DNA from: Candidatus Latescibacterota bacterium
GTDB taxonomy: Bacteria; Latescibacterota; UBA2968; GCA-2709665
DNA: 64,000 nt
Direction of reading: 5' to 3'
NCBI GenBank assembly: GCA_965248435.1
Contig: OZ252100.1
Span: 160,001-224,000, forward strand
Within the stretch, counting starts at the first letter, position 1. Every line of letters begins with the position of its first letter. The notes below the pieces were generated by a model. It saw only the letters and a program-made list of their open reading frames with translations. It was not told where the DNA came from and searched no databases. Shown here one piece after another: positions 44,170-54,584 of the stretch. Both the position numbers and the translations under genes were made by a program.

Positions 44170-45485
44170 TGGGCCAGAGACTACCAGTCGTCGCCATCGT
44201 CGGGCGCCCAAACGTCGGAAAGTCCACATTGTTCAACCGGTTTCTGGGTAAACGTCGGGCCGTCGTGGACGATCTGCCCGGGGTGACACGAGACCGGAAT
44301 TATGCAGAAGTCGCCTGGAACCGTCGCGTGTTCACATTAGTCGATACAGGCGGCTACGTGCCTCGTTCGGATGAACAGATCCTTGAGTCGATCGCCAGCC
44401 AGATCGAGAGGGCGATGGGCGAGGCGGACCTGATCCTGATGGTGGGGGACGCGAAGACAGGCCCGACCGATTACGATGATGAGATGGCACGCCTTGTTCG
44501 TGCTTGCGGAAAGCCCTATCTCCTGGTTGTGAACAAGGTCGATTCCGAATGGGACGAGCCTGAGGCGACGCGCTTTTACAGCCTGGGGTTGGGAGAACCG
44601 ACTCCAGTTTCGGCACTGGGCGGACGTCTCGTTGGGGACCTGATGGATCTGGCGATCGACCAGCTTCCACCAGGAGAGGAAGAGGAGGAGAAGAAGCTCT
44701 GTCCTAAGATCGCGATTGTCGGCCGGCCAAATGTGGGAAAATCAACCTTTGCGAATAAGCTCATCGGAGAGGACCGCGTCGTGGTCAGCCCGATCCCCGG
44801 AACGACTCGGGATTCGATCGACCTTCCGATGCGGCGGAACGGAAGAGACTATCTGCTGATCGATACGGCTGGACTCCGTCGCCGCACGCGGATTCGGGAG
44901 CAGGTGGAGTACTACAGTGCCTTGCGAACCGCTGAAAGCCTGGAGCGAAGCGATGTCGTGACCGTCCTGGTGGATGCCGTTGAGGGGTGTACGACTCAGG
45001 ACATGAAGATCCTGAATCAGGCCGTGGATCTTGGAAAAGGGGCGGTCCTGGTCGTGAACAAGTGGGACCTCGTGGAAAAAGACCACAATACCTCTGCGGA
45101 GTACACCCGTGAGGTACAGAAACGGTTTCCCTCGCTGCGGGCATATCCGATCCTGTTCACCTCCGCCCTCACCGGACAGCGAACCTGGCGGGCCATCGAC
45201 TTCGCCCTCGCTGTCTACGACCGCCGCGCTTCAAGAATCCCGACATCTGAGATCAACCGGTTCCTGGTAGAGCTTAATGCGGTGTCCCCCCCGCCCTCAA
45301 AAGGGCGGCGCCTGAGCCGAATGGTCTATGCCGTGCAGCCTCGAACCGAGCCGCCGACGATCGTGTTTTTCACTTCGAGACCCGACGACGTACCTGAGCA
45401 CTACCGGCGATTTCTTGAGCGGAAGCTGAGAGAACGGTTCGACTTTCTGGGCACGCCGGTTCGCGTCGCGTTCAGAAAAAAGTAA
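44169..45485 (+). CDS. der: Ribosome biogenesis GTPase Der
   Basis: Two GRPNVGKS domains, GVTRD/GTTRD, DTGG/DTAG, KH-like C terminus. Confidence 0.97.
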   Translation: MGQRLPVVAIVGRPNVGKSTLFNRFLGKRRAVVDDLPGVTRDRNYAEVAWNRRVFTLVDTGGYVPRSDEQILESIASQIERAMGEADLILMVGDAKTGPTDYDDEMARLVRACGKPYLLVVNKVDSEWDEPEATRFYSLGLGEPTPVSALGGRLVGDLMDLAIDQLPPGEEEEEKKLCPKIAIVGRPNVGKSTFANKLIGEDRVVVSPIPGTTRDSIDLPMRRNGRDYLLIDTAGLRRRTRIREQVEYYSALRTAESLERSDVVTVLVDAVEGCTTQDMKILNQAVDLGKGAVLVVNKWDLVEKDHNTSAEYTREVQKRFPSLRAYPILFTSALTGQRTWRAIDFALAVYDRRASRIPTSEINRFLVELNAVSPPPSKGRRLSRMVYAVQPRTEPPTIVFFTSRPDDVPEHYRRFLERKLRERFDFLGTPVRVAFRKK

Positions 45486-45532
45486 TTAGAAGCATCTCGC
45501 GATTCCTTCGAACCCAAAACTGATCAAGAGCC

Positions 45533-45907
45533 ATGAAAGAGACCGACGGAACCAAACTCTATTACTCGATCCGCGAAGTTTCCGAACTGACACGGGTGCA
45601 GCCTCACGTGCTCCGATTCTGGGAAAAGGAGTTCTCGATGCTTCGGCCAAAGCGGGGACGATCCGGGAATCGGTCTTACAGGGCGCGGGACGTGAAGGTC
45701 GTCCTGGCCATCCAGGACTTGCTTTACAACCAGAAATACACGATCAAAGGCGCCGTAGAGCGCCTCAAGACAGATCGCTCGCTTTGGGAAGACCGCGAGT
45801 TGGAGGCGGCGCCCCCGTCGACCGAGGGCTCGGAGAGGGATGAGGTGTTGGTGGACATCAGACAGATGCTTATGGATCTCAAGAACTTGATTAATGGCGA
45901 TAAATGA
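45533..45907 (+). CDS. MerR family transcriptional regulator
   Basis: YYSIREVSELT.V.PHVLRFWEKEF...GNRSY. Confidence 0.9.
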   Translation: MKETDGTKLYYSIREVSELTRVQPHVLRFWEKEFSMLRPKRGRSGNRSYRARDVKVVLAIQDLLYNQKYTIKGAVERLKTDRSLWEDRELEAAPPSTEGSERDEVLVDIRQMLMDLKNLINGDK

Positions 45908-45929
45908 AGGAGATACGCGGCATTTCTGC

Positions 45930-45958
45930 TTGCGCGAACTTTCCAAATGTCCTATATT
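45930..45958 (+). promoter_or_regulatory. Sigma70 promoter of phyH-rimP-nusA-infB operon
   Basis: TTGCGC-17nt-TATATT. Confidence 0.55.
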
Positions 45959-45973
45959 TTTAAACTCCCCTCG

Positions 45974-45997
45974 AGAGTGGGCCATGCCCACTCTTTT
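45974..45997 (+). promoter_or_regulatory. rimP-leader-like attenuator hairpin
   Basis: AGAGTGGGC-CAT-GCCCACTCT-TTT; GAGTGGG/CCCACTC hairpins are recalled upstream of rimP in many bacteria. Confidence 0.6.
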
Positions 45998-46046
45998 GAG
46001 TAGGGGGCAGTTTTTACCCCTCTAAACCATTTTATCCTGAAATCAG

Positions 46047-47069
46047 TTGATAACGAAGCCATTTTTAGATTCTTCATCGGTCGTCGAAGACGGCGCTGAA
46101 CTGGGCAGACGCGTCGAGCGTGACGGGTATCTCTACCTCCGGGGGCTCATTCCACCACAGGTCCTGGAAAACCTCAGGATTCAGATCCTTCGTATCGCCA
46201 GGGAGGCGGGCTGGATCCAACGAGGTACGTCGCTAGAGCAGGGCATCGCCAATCTCGACAGCTTTTGCGTCGAGCCCCAACCGGAATACTTTGAGGTCTA
46301 TCACCGCTTCTACAGGCTGCCTGATTTTCACGCCATGCAGCACCATCCGAATCTCATCGGCCTGTTCGAGCGGTTCCTTGGTGAGGAGGTCCTTCCGCAC
46401 CCACGAATCATCGGAAGGATCATCTTTCCTCAGCGGGAGGCATTTACAACGCCGGCCCATCAGGATTTTATTCCGATCCAGGGTACGCCCGATACCTACA
46501 CGGCCTGGTTTCCCCTGAGCGACCTGCCGCCCGAGATGGGTGGCCTCCAGATTTCGTCCGGGTCGCACAGAAAGGGCGTCTACGATTTCCGGCCGGCGCT
46601 CGGCGCGGGCGGTATGGAGGTGACGGACAACCTCGAGGGAACGTGGGTCTACAACCCCTTCCAACAGGGGGATGTCCTGATCTTTCACAGCATGGCCGTT
46701 CACAAGGGTGTGGCGTGCACATCCGACAAGCTCAGGCTTTCAATAGATGCCCGGTTCCAGAAGGCGAGCGAGCCGGTTTCTCCGGGTACGCTAGAACCGC
46801 ACGGGGGGATTCCCTGGGCGGAGGTCTACGAAGGCTGGTCCACGGACGACCTCAAGTATTACTGGAAGAAGTGGAATCTGGAGGTCGAACCCTACGACCG
46901 GCAGTACTTCGAAAAACGGGATCGACTGGCATTCGAAATGGCCGAATCGGGGGACGAGCTGGCACGTTCGACGCTCCAGCGGATCATCGCTCGCGATCCT
47001 GACGCCGCCAAGAGGGAGAAGGCGGAGGACCTTCTGGAGAAGCTGGATGCTTTTGAGCGAGTCTCTTGA
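46047..47069 (+). CDS. Phytanoyl-CoA dioxygenase (PhyH) family Fe/2OG oxygenase
   Basis: DGYLYLRG, AHQD (HxD), WFPL, GSH, GDVLIFHS..VH, RLSID. Confidence 0.88.
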   Translation: MITKPFLDSSSVVEDGAELGRRVERDGYLYLRGLIPPQVLENLRIQILRIAREAGWIQRGTSLEQGIANLDSFCVEPQPEYFEVYHRFYRLPDFHAMQHHPNLIGLFERFLGEEVLPHPRIIGRIIFPQREAFTTPAHQDFIPIQGTPDTYTAWFPLSDLPPEMGGLQISSGSHRKGVYDFRPALGAGGMEVTDNLEGTWVYNPFQQGDVLIFHSMAVHKGVACTSDKLRLSIDARFQKASEPVSPGTLEPHGGIPWAEVYEGWSTDDLKYYWKKWNLEVEPYDRQYFEKRDRLAFEMAESGDELARSTLQRIIARDPDAAKREKAEDLLEKLDAFERVS

Positions 47070-47560
47070 TGGACGTAAAGAACAGAACCGACCTCTCGCT
47101 GAATGGTCCTGTCGGGGAATCTGATCTTCAAGAATACCTTGAACGCCTGACGAGCCAACACCTGGAGGAAAACGGGACGGAGCTTGTAGAGCTCCAGCTG
47201 GCCGGAAACCGTAGTCGGAGAATGATCCGCATTTACGTGGATCGACCAGGCGGGATCTCGATCGACCAGTGCGCGAAGCTGAGCCGCGGCATTGCGGACC
47301 TTCTGGATACCCACGAACCCGTCTATGGGACCTACACACTGGAGGTCTCATCCCCTGGCCTGAATCGTCCGATCAAGTCCGACAGTGACTACAAACGGGC
47401 TGTTCAGAACCAGGTTCGTCTGGTTGTTCAGGGTCGAGGCGAGTGCATTGGAACCCTGATGTCCTTCAGCGAGAAAGAATTACTGGTCAAGGTCAACGGA
47501 GAAGTCCAAAACATCTCCCGTGAGCATGTGGCTAAAGCGAATCTCCATTTTGAGATTTAG
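47069..47560 (+). CDS. rimP: Ribosome maturation factor RimP
   Basis: RIYVD..GGISIDQC, YTLEVSSPGLNRP. Confidence 0.94.
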   Translation: MDVKNRTDLSLNGPVGESDLQEYLERLTSQHLEENGTELVELQLAGNRSRRMIRIYVDRPGGISIDQCAKLSRGIADLLDTHEPVYGTYTLEVSSPGLNRPIKSDSDYKRAVQNQVRLVVQGRGECIGTLMSFSEKELLVKVNGEVQNISREHVAKANLHFEI

Positions 47561-47578
47561 GCATAGAAGTTCAGGAGG

Positions 47579-49327
47579 GTGATTTCATTGAATTACGAAG
47601 TGCTTGAAGCCCTGGGTCAGATCGCGCAGGAAAAGAGCGTCAAGAAAGAGCTCGTCATCGAGACCTTGGAGATCGGGCTGCTGTCGGCGGCGAAGAAGCG
47701 CTACGGCACATCCGACAACATCGAGGTCAAGATCGACGAGGCTTCGGGCGGCATCTCCCTTGTTGCGACAAAGCAGGTCGTGGATGACGACGCGCTGGAG
47801 GATCCCGGCCTGGAGATCGGTCTTTCAGCGGCCAAGGAGATCGACTCCAAAGCCAAAGTCGGGGAAACAGTGACGGAAGAGCTGAATTTCGCAGACTTCG
47901 GGAGAAATGCGATTCAGACGGCCAAGCAGATTCTCATTCAGCGGGTCAGAGAGGCCGAGCGGGAGAGAATATTCGAGGATTACCAAGGCCGAATCGGTGA
48001 AATCGTCAGTGGGACCGTCCAGCAGATCAGTCGAGGGGATATCCTGGTCAACCTTGGGCGAACAGAGGCAGTGATTCCGCTCAAAGAGCAAATCCGCAAG
48101 GAGAGATATCGCCAGGGAGATCCCATTCGTGCGTACATCGTCAACGTGCTGCGGACCTCAAAGGGGCCGCAGGTGCTGCTTTCACGTACGCACCCCAGCT
48201 TCCTGATGCGGCTCTTCCAGTTCGAAGTCCCGGAGATCTACGAGGGGATCATCGAGGTCAAGGGTGTGGCGCGCGAGCCTGGAGAAAGGGCAAAAATCGC
48301 AGTCTTTTCTCACGATGCGCGCATCGATCCTGTCGGAGCGTGTGTCGGCATGAAGGGCTCACGCGTTCAGGCCGTAGTGCGGGAACTCAGCAACGAACGG
48401 ATCGACATCGTCCCCTGGAGCGAAGACGCGGCCATCTTCCTTTCCCGATCCCTCGGCCCGGCCGTCGTCAAGCGCGTGGTCGTGGAGAGGATCGACAAGC
48501 GGATGACGGCAGTCGTGGAAGATGATCAGCTTTCACTCGCGATCGGGAAATCAGGACAGAACGCGCGTCTGGCCTCACAACTTACAAGCTGGAAAGTAGA
48601 CATCATCACGGAGACGCGATTTGACGAGATGCAGACCGAGAAGTCGGAGACCTTCATTTCTCTGGCCAGCGTGCCTGGCATCGGCAAAGTGATGCGTGAG
48701 CATCTGGAGACGGCAGGTATCGCCTCGGCGAACGAGGTTGCAGGTTCCTCCCTCTCGCGTCTTATGGATGTCCCTGGGATCGGGGAGGCCACTGCCGAGA
48801 AGATCAAGGTCGCAGCCGATGAGCTTGTCTCTGTGAAGGTGTCCGAATACCGAGAGGAGCTCGAAAAACGGAAGGCTGCCGAGGAAGTAGAGCGGGCCGC
48901 GAGGGAGGCGGAGGAAGCAGAACGCGCAGCAAAGGAGGCGGAGGAAGCGGCCAAGGAGGCGGAAGAAGCAGCCAAGGAGGCGGAAGAAGCAGCCAAGGCG
49001 GCCGCGGAGGCCGAAGGGGCAGCTGTGGAAGATGAGGCGAGCGATGGTGAGGCGGGGGATGCCGCAGAAGCGGATGGTGAGGCGGAGGACGGGGGTCCTG
49101 AAGCCGCCGCCGAGACAGAGCGGGGCGAAGATGCTGGGGAAGGTCCAGGTCTTGAAGAAGGAACAGAAGGGGAAGAAGCCGTTTCCGATCTAGGGGACGA
49201 TGCGCTTGATGCAGGTGAACAGGAACCCGATGCCGTAGCGGAAGTCGCGTCCGCTGCGGAGGAGTCCGAAGGAGGGGAGGAAGGTCTTGGCGGAAGAGAC
49301 GAAGCGGTCCGCAGCGAAGAAGAGTAA
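47579..49327 (+). CDS. nusA: Transcription termination factor NusA with long acidic C-terminal extension
   Basis: FGRNAIQTAKQ, S1 and KH domains (DPVGACVGMKGSR, AIGKSGQNARLA), HhH repeats, then an Ala/Glu-rich tail. Confidence 0.96.
   Translation: MISLNYEVLEALGQIAQEKSVKKELVIETLEIGLLSAAKKRYGTSDNIEVKIDEASGGISLVATKQVVDDDALEDPGLEIGLSAAKEIDSKAKVGETVTEELNFADFGRNAIQTAKQILIQRVREAERERIFEDYQGRIGEIVSGTVQQISRGDILVNLGRTEAVIPLKEQIRKERYRQGDPIRAYIVNVLRTSKGPQVLLSRTHPSFLMRLFQFEVPEIYEGIIEVKGVAREPGERAKIAVFSHDARIDPVGACVGMKGSRVQAVVRELSNERIDIVPWSEDAAIFLSRSLGPAVVKRVVVERIDKRMTAVVEDDQLSLAIGKSGQNARLASQLTSWKVDIITETRFDEMQTEKSETFISLASVPGIGKVMREHLETAGIASANEVAGSSLSRLMDVPGIGEATAEKIKVAADELVSVKVSEYREELEKRKAAEEVERAAREAEEAERAAKEAEEAAKEAEEAAKEAEEAAKAAAEAEGAAVEDEASDGEAGDAAEADGEAEDGGPEAAAETERGEDAGEGPGLEEGTEGEEAVSDLGDDALDAGEQEPDAVAEVASAAEESEGGEEGLGGRDEAVRSEEE
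48929..48998 (+). repeat. 21-bp coding tandem repeat (AKEAEEA) x~3.3 in nusA
   Basis: GCCAAGGAGGCGGAAGAAGCA exact at 48950-48970 and 48971-48991, variant at 48929-48949. Confidence 0.85.
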
Positions 49328-51719
49328 GGCGAAGAAGGCAAAAAAGGCCGAAGCTGCATCGACCGCCGACAAGAAGAAGCGGATCTACGAGGTCGCGAGA
49401 GAGTTCAACCTCTCAAGTGTTGCGATGGTTGAAGTGATTCGAGGGCTGGGGTATGATGCCAAGAACCACATGGCCGTCTGCACCGCAGAGATGCTCGAGA
49501 GCATCCAGAAGAAGTTTGAAGAGGAGCGGAAGGCCTCGAGGCAGGAAATCAAGCGCAAGGACACCCAACAGCGAGAACGAGAAGAAAAGGAACAAGAGGT
49601 CGCTGCCCAAAAGAGGACTGCCCGGGCGAAGAAGGAACCTGCATCTGTGGAGACCAAGCAGGATAAGCAGGACCGTCCTCGTCGCAGGCGTCCGAGCAGG
49701 TCCCAGGAAAACATCCCGAGAATCGAGGACGCTTCCGGGAGGGTGATCACGCCGACGACCTCTACAGCCCGGCCAACCACATCTTTTGTCGGCTCTATGC
49801 ACCGCGGCGGAGGTAAGAAACGGAGACGGCGTCGAGGTCGGCCGACTGTGGATCAGCGAGAAGTCGAGGAGTCTGTCCGTCGGACGATGGCCGAGATGGA
49901 GGCCGGCGCTCGCCAGAGGAGGAGGCGAAGACGAGAAGATGGAGCCACGGAAGAGGAGATCCAAGAGAGCCTGATCAAAATCAATGAGTTTACGACGGTT
50001 GGTGAACTCGCGGGGCTAATGGATACTCCGATTGCCGAGGTAATCAAACAGTGTCTCCAGATGGGAATGATGGTCACGATCAATCAGCGTCTGGATATGG
50101 AGACAATTACGCTCGTTGCAGACGAGTTTGGATTCGACGTTGAGGAACAGGAAGAGTTCTCGGAAGCTGTGCTTGAAGACGAGGACGAGGAAGAGGAAGG
50201 GGAACTGAGGCCCAGGCCGCCTGTTGTGACCATTATGGGTCACGTCGATCATGGCAAGACTTCACTTCTAGATTACATCCGCAGAACGAACGTGGTGGCC
50301 GGTGAAGCCGGGGGTATCACCCAGCATATCGGCGCCTATCACGTGGAGTTGGAAAATGGCCGGGTGGTAACGTTTCTGGACACCCCTGGTCACGAAGCGT
50401 TTACGGCCATGCGCGCCCGCGGGGCCCAGGTGACCGACGTGGTCGTGCTTGTCGTGGCCGCAGATGACAGCGTGATGCCCCAGACGCTCGAGGCCATCGA
50501 CCACGCGCGTGCTGCGGAAGTACCCATCGCCCTGGCGATCAATAAGATCGATTTGCCGGCCGCGAATCCAGACCGGATCAAACGTCAGCTGATGGAGAAC
50601 AATATCGTCGTGGAGGACTTTGGCGGCAAAGTGCAGTGTTGCCAAGTCTCTGCTTCAACGGGTGAACACGTGAACGAACTTCTGGATCTACTGGCTCTGG
50701 AAACCGACCTCCTTGAACTGAAGGCAAACCCGGAAGCGCGCGCCAAGGGAACTATCGTCGAAGCCCGTCTGGATCGAGGCCGCGGAAACGTGGCCACCGT
50801 GCTTGTTCAATCCGGGACCCTTCGCATTGGTGACCCGTTTGTGACCGGGTTGCATAGCGGACGCGTTCGGGCCTTGCTGGATGAGAGAAGCAATCCCGTC
50901 GAGGCCGCGGGGCCCTCGGTACCCGTACAGGTCCTGGGGCTGGATGGGCTGCCGCAGGCAGGGGACTCGTTCCACGTCGCACAGAACGAGCGTCAGGCGC
51001 GGGAGTTGAGTCAAAGACGGCAGCAGCTCCGACGCGAACAGGACTTCCATCGAGGCAAGCGTACCAGCCTTGTCGACATCCGTGATCAGATCCAGGCAGG
51101 CAAAATTCAAGAACTCAGATTGATCTTGAAGGCAGATGTGGATGGTTCAGTCGAAGCCCTGCACGATGCACTTTCTCAGATCGCCAGCGAAGAGGTCCGA
51201 CTCAACGTCATCCACCGCGGCGTCGGGGCGATCTCTGAATCTGATGTCCTTCTGGCTTCGGCTTCGGACGCGGTCATCATTGGATTCAACATCAGGCCGG
51301 ACGCTCGCGGCCGGGAAGTTGCCGCACAAGAACGGGTGGACATATGGCTTTATCGAGTGATCTACGAAGCCGTAGAGGACATCAAGGCTGCGCTCTCCGG
51401 GCTTCTGGCACCGAAAGTTGACGAACAGATTTTGGGTTCGGTCGCGATTCGTGAAACGTTTCAGGTATCTCGGTTCGGTACGATAGCAGGATGTTATGTG
51501 GAAAACGGAACCATCGGGCGAGAGTCACTCGTGCGTGTCCTCCGGGATAGTGTCGTGATCTTCGAAGGCCAGCTCGCATCCCTCAAGCGGTTTAAGGATG
51601 ACGTTCGTGAAGTGCAATCTGGCTTTGAGTGTGGCATGCGGGTGGAGAATTTCAATGACATCAAGATCGGTGATACGATCGAAGCTTATGAAATGGTCGA
51701 AACTGCGCGAAGCTTGTAG
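49287..51719 (+). CDS. infB: Translation initiation factor IF-2
   Basis: [43 protein letters not shown]. Confidence 0.97.
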   Translation: MAEETKRSAAKKSKAKKAKKAEAASTADKKKRIYEVAREFNLSSVAMVEVIRGLGYDAKNHMAVCTAEMLESIQKKFEEERKASRQEIKRKDTQQREREEKEQEVAAQKRTARAKKEPASVETKQDKQDRPRRRRPSRSQENIPRIEDASGRVITPTTSTARPTTSFVGSMHRGGGKKRRRRRGRPTVDQREVEESVRRTMAEMEAGARQRRRRRREDGATEEEIQESLIKINEFTTVGELAGLMDTPIAEVIKQCLQMGMMVTINQRLDMETITLVADEFGFDVEEQEEFSEAVLEDEDEEEEGELRPRPPVVTIMGHVDHGKTSLLDYIRRTNVVAGEAGGITQHIGAYHVELENGRVVTFLDTPGHEAFTAMRARGAQVTDVVVLVVAADDSVMPQTLEAIDHARAAEVPIALAINKIDLPAANPDRIKRQLMENNIVVEDFGGKVQCCQVSASTGEHVNELLDLLALETDLLELKANPEARAKGTIVEARLDRGRGNVATVLVQSGTLRIGDPFVTGLHSGRVRALLDERSNPVEAAGPSVPVQVLGLDGLPQAGDSFHVAQNERQARELSQRRQQLRREQDFHRGKRTSLVDIRDQIQAGKIQELRLILKADVDGSVEALHDALSQIASEEVRLNVIHRGVGAISESDVLLASASDAVIIGFNIRPDARGREVAAQERVDIWLYRVIYEAVEDIKAALSGLLAPKVDEQILGSVAIRETFQVSRFGTIAGCYVENGTIGRESLVRVLRDSVVIFEGQLASLKRFKDDVREVQSGFECGMRVENFNDIKIGDTIEAYEMVETARSL

Positions 51720-51721
51720 GT

Positions 51722-52003
51722 ATGACGATTGGGCTCTGTCGACTCGTGCTTTACCTTCCTGAAAGTGGTTCCCTCAAGAACAAGCGCAACCTGCTTCAGA
51801 GCATCGTCACGCGAATTCGAAACAAGTTCAATGTCTCCATTTCCGAGTTGGATGACAATGAACTGTGGCAAAAAGCAACTCTCGGTGTAGTAATCGTGTC
51901 GAACGAATCGCGCTATGCAAATCGTGTCCTATCCAAAGTCGTTGACGTGGTGAAGGCTGACATTAGAGTTGAACTCCTCGACTATTCGCTTGAGATGATA
52001 TGA
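51722..52003 (+). CDS. DUF503 (YlxP) family protein
   Basis: SLKNKR...IRNKFNVSISE..WQ motif, between infB and rbfA. Confidence 0.88.
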   Translation: MTIGLCRLVLYLPESGSLKNKRNLLQSIVTRIRNKFNVSISELDDNELWQKATLGVVIVSNESRYANRVLSKVVDVVKADIRVELLDYSLEMI

Positions 52004-52004
52004 T

Positions 52005-52346
52005 ATGCCTTCGTGGCGTCCCGAAAGCGTTGGACGACAGATTCAGGAAATCATCAGTGAGATCATCCACAGGCGTCTCAAGGATCCACGGCTTGGATTT
52101 GTAACCGTTACTGGAGTGAAGGTGACTCGAGACCTCAAGACCGCGAAAGTCTACGTGAGCGTGATGGGAGATGATGAATCGAAAGACAAGTCGCTTGAAA
52201 CTCTTTCTCACGCGCTTCCTTTCGTAAGGAAGGAACTCGGCAGACGAGTTCGTCTGCGACATACGCCTGAGGTCTTGTTCGAACACGATGATTCGATTCA
52301 GCGTGGCAGCAGGATCGATCGACTGCTTGAAGACCTGAAACCATAA
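52005..52346 (+). CDS. rbfA: Ribosome-binding factor A
   Basis: KDPRLGFVTVT.V..TRDLKTAKVY, LRHTPE..F..D. Confidence 0.95.
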   Translation: MPSWRPESVGRQIQEIISEIIHRRLKDPRLGFVTVTGVKVTRDLKTAKVYVSVMGDDESKDKSLETLSHALPFVRKELGRRVRLRHTPEVLFEHDDSIQRGSRIDRLLEDLKP

Positions 52347-52356
52347 AGGGCGTAAG

Positions 52357-53259
52357 GTGGACGGTTTCCTGGCGGTCGACAAGCCGCGCGGATGGACGTC
52401 GCACGATGTTGTGGACAGAGTTCGCAGCATACTAAGCATAAAGAAGGTGGGCCACACCGGGACGCTCGATCCCATGGCTACAGGTGTTCTCGTGCTCTGC
52501 CTCGGACGGCTGACTCGGTTGAGTTCCTTCCTGACCGTCCAGGATAAAGGCTATCTTGCGAGGATCTGGCTTGGCGTAAGCACAAACACCTTAGACTCGG
52601 AAGGGCGTGTGACCGCACGGTCAGATTGTGTTCCTGGAGATCCCGAGGAAATCCGGAAGGCGATCGAGGGGTTTGTTGGACAAAACAGGCAAACTCCGCC
52701 GATGTTCTCTGCGAGAAAGATTTCCGGAAGGCGACTCTACCGCTGGGCGAGGGAAGATAAGGAAATCGCACGGCCATCTCAGATCGTAAATATTTATTCG
52801 ATTCAGATTGCCCAATTCGATCCACCATTCCTTGACCTTGATGTTTCCTGTTCCAAGGGTACCTACATACGAGTCCTGGCCGAGGACATCGGACGCGAAC
52901 TGCGGTGCGGAGGGCATCTCTCAGGGCTCAGGCGGACAGGGGTGGGGAGCATCGGACTCGATCAGTGCATTGCAATGGACAAAATTGGTGAGGAGGGGTG
53001 GGAACATCACCTCATCGATCCCAATCGGGCCCTTGGACATTTACCACTCCTTCGCCTGGCCCCTGAAGAGGCTCGGAGATTCACGCACGGAAATCCTATT
53101 TCGGGACTAAGGCCAGACATGGAACTGGACGCGGAGGGGTCGATTCGGGTTGTCGACGTGGAAGGGCGCCTTTTGGGAATCGGAAACTGGCAGATGGAGG
53201 ACCTCGTCTTGAAGCCGATTCGAGTCCTCCGACCGTATAAACCGGAAATGGCTGTGTGA
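52357..53259 (+). CDS. truB: tRNA pseudouridine(55) synthase
   Basis: DKPRGWTSHDVV, GHTGTLDPMATG, CSKGTYIR. Confidence 0.96.
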   Translation: MDGFLAVDKPRGWTSHDVVDRVRSILSIKKVGHTGTLDPMATGVLVLCLGRLTRLSSFLTVQDKGYLARIWLGVSTNTLDSEGRVTARSDCVPGDPEEIRKAIEGFVGQNRQTPPMFSARKISGRRLYRWAREDKEIARPSQIVNIYSIQIAQFDPPFLDLDVSCSKGTYIRVLAEDIGRELRCGGHLSGLRRTGVGSIGLDQCIAMDKIGEEGWEHHLIDPNRALGHLPLLRLAPEEARRFTHGNPISGLRPDMELDAEGSIRVVDVEGRLLGIGNWQMEDLVLKPIRVLRPYKPEMAV

Positions 53260-54203
53260 TGCGAACAGCCAGCCTCGACTCACCCATCAACCTGCCAGGG
53301 CCGGTCGTAACGGTCGGGACCTTCGATGGCGTGCACCTGGGCCACCGCGCGGTGCTGGAAGCCGTGCAGGAAAATGCCCGTACCCGGGGTGGGACGAGCG
53401 TGGTCGTCACATTCGACCCCCACCCCCGCGCTGTCATAGACCCGAGTCATTCCCCAGACATCCTGACGACGATGCGTGAAAAGGAATGGAGAATAGGTGA
53501 ATCAGGGATAGATCAGCTGCTCGTCGTCAAATTTACACCCTCTCTGATGACATTGCGTCCTGAGGCGTTCGTGCGGGAGTATCTGGTCCGCAGGCTTCAG
53601 GCAAGCGTTATCGTGCTCGGCCACGATCACGGATTCGGGAAAGATCGTGGTGGAAATTCGGAAACGATGAAAACGTTAGGGCGATCTTTGAACTTCGACG
53701 TAATTTCTATGCCTCCGGTCCTTATCGGAGGGGCGCCCGTAAGCAGCACTCGACTCCGGAGGCAGATTGCTGAGGGCGACCTGGAGGAGGCCGGCAGGCT
53801 ACTTGGCAGCGGGTATTTCATCGAGGGTTGCATCGTGCGAGGAGAAGGTCGCGGCCGACAGATGGGATATCCCACAGCAAACCTGGCTCTGGAAGACGAG
53901 TCAAAACTGCTTCCCCCCGATGGCGTCTATGCGGCCTGGGTCCATCTCCCCGATCCACACGCCGCCGTCGTGAACCTGGGTTTCCGACCGACCTTCAACG
54001 GGAAGTTTCGCTGCCTCGAGGCCCACATTCTGGATTTTGAAGAAGACCTTTACGGCGAGAGGGTAGGGATAGAGGTGACTCAATGTATTCGCGGCGAACG
54101 CAAGTTCGAAAACAGCACTGCCCTCGTTGAGCAGATCAGAAACGATCGACAGGTCGCCCGGGCGCTGCTCTGTGAAATGGACGAAACACCGGTTAGGAGG
54201 TAG
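53256..54203 (+). CDS. ribF: Bifunctional riboflavin kinase/FAD synthetase
   Basis: [27 protein letters not shown]. Confidence 0.95.
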   Translation: MMRTASLDSPINLPGPVVTVGTFDGVHLGHRAVLEAVQENARTRGGTSVVVTFDPHPRAVIDPSHSPDILTTMREKEWRIGESGIDQLLVVKFTPSLMTLRPEAFVREYLVRRLQASVIVLGHDHGFGKDRGGNSETMKTLGRSLNFDVISMPPVLIGGAPVSSTRLRRQIAEGDLEEAGRLLGSGYFIEGCIVRGEGRGRQMGYPTANLALEDESKLLPPDGVYAAWVHLPDPHAAVVNLGFRPTFNGKFRCLEAHILDFEEDLYGERVGIEVTQCIRGERKFENSTALVEQIRNDRQVARALLCEMDETPVRR

Positions 54204-54207
54204 ACAC

Positions 54208-54477
54208 TTGAGCTTGACGAAAGAGAGAAAGGCTGAACTGTTCGACACCTTTGGCAGGACAGGAGGAGATACAGGTTCGCCCGAGGCACAGATTGCGCTT
54301 CTGACCGAGCGCATTAAGACGCTAACGAGCCACTTCCAGATACACAAGAGAGACCATCATTCACGCCGAGGCCTGCTCAAGCTCGTTGGGAGCCGACGCA
54401 GGCTGATGAGGTATCTGCGTCGTAGGAATCTACCCGTTTACCGAGAGCTTGTGGGAAAACTCGGCATTCGCGGATAG
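54208..54477 (+). CDS. rpsO: 30S ribosomal protein S15
   Basis: TTG after AGGAGG; [29 protein letters not shown]. Confidence 0.97.
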   Translation: MSLTKERKAELFDTFGRTGGDTGSPEAQIALLTERIKTLTSHFQIHKRDHHSRRGLLKLVGSRRRLMRYLRRRNLPVYRELVGKLGIRG

Positions 54478-54478
54478 T

Positions 54479-54503
54479 TCGTCGCTTCGCTGCGAAGCGA
54501 CGA
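54479..54503 (+). promoter_or_regulatory. Perfect hairpin in rpsO-pnp intergenic region
   Basis: TCGTCGCTTCGC-T-GCGAAGCGACGA, no U tract. Confidence 0.6.
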
Positions 54504-54584
54504 CTCTACACTCCCCTCTAGTCGTAGATCTCCGCGTCATTACAAACCAAAGCTGATCGCAACTTCTCAATGGAGGTAAGTTGG

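Noticed and set aside
48526-49359. 277-aa Ser/Ala-rich antisense ORF
   Set aside because: Mirror of the low-complexity nusA tail.
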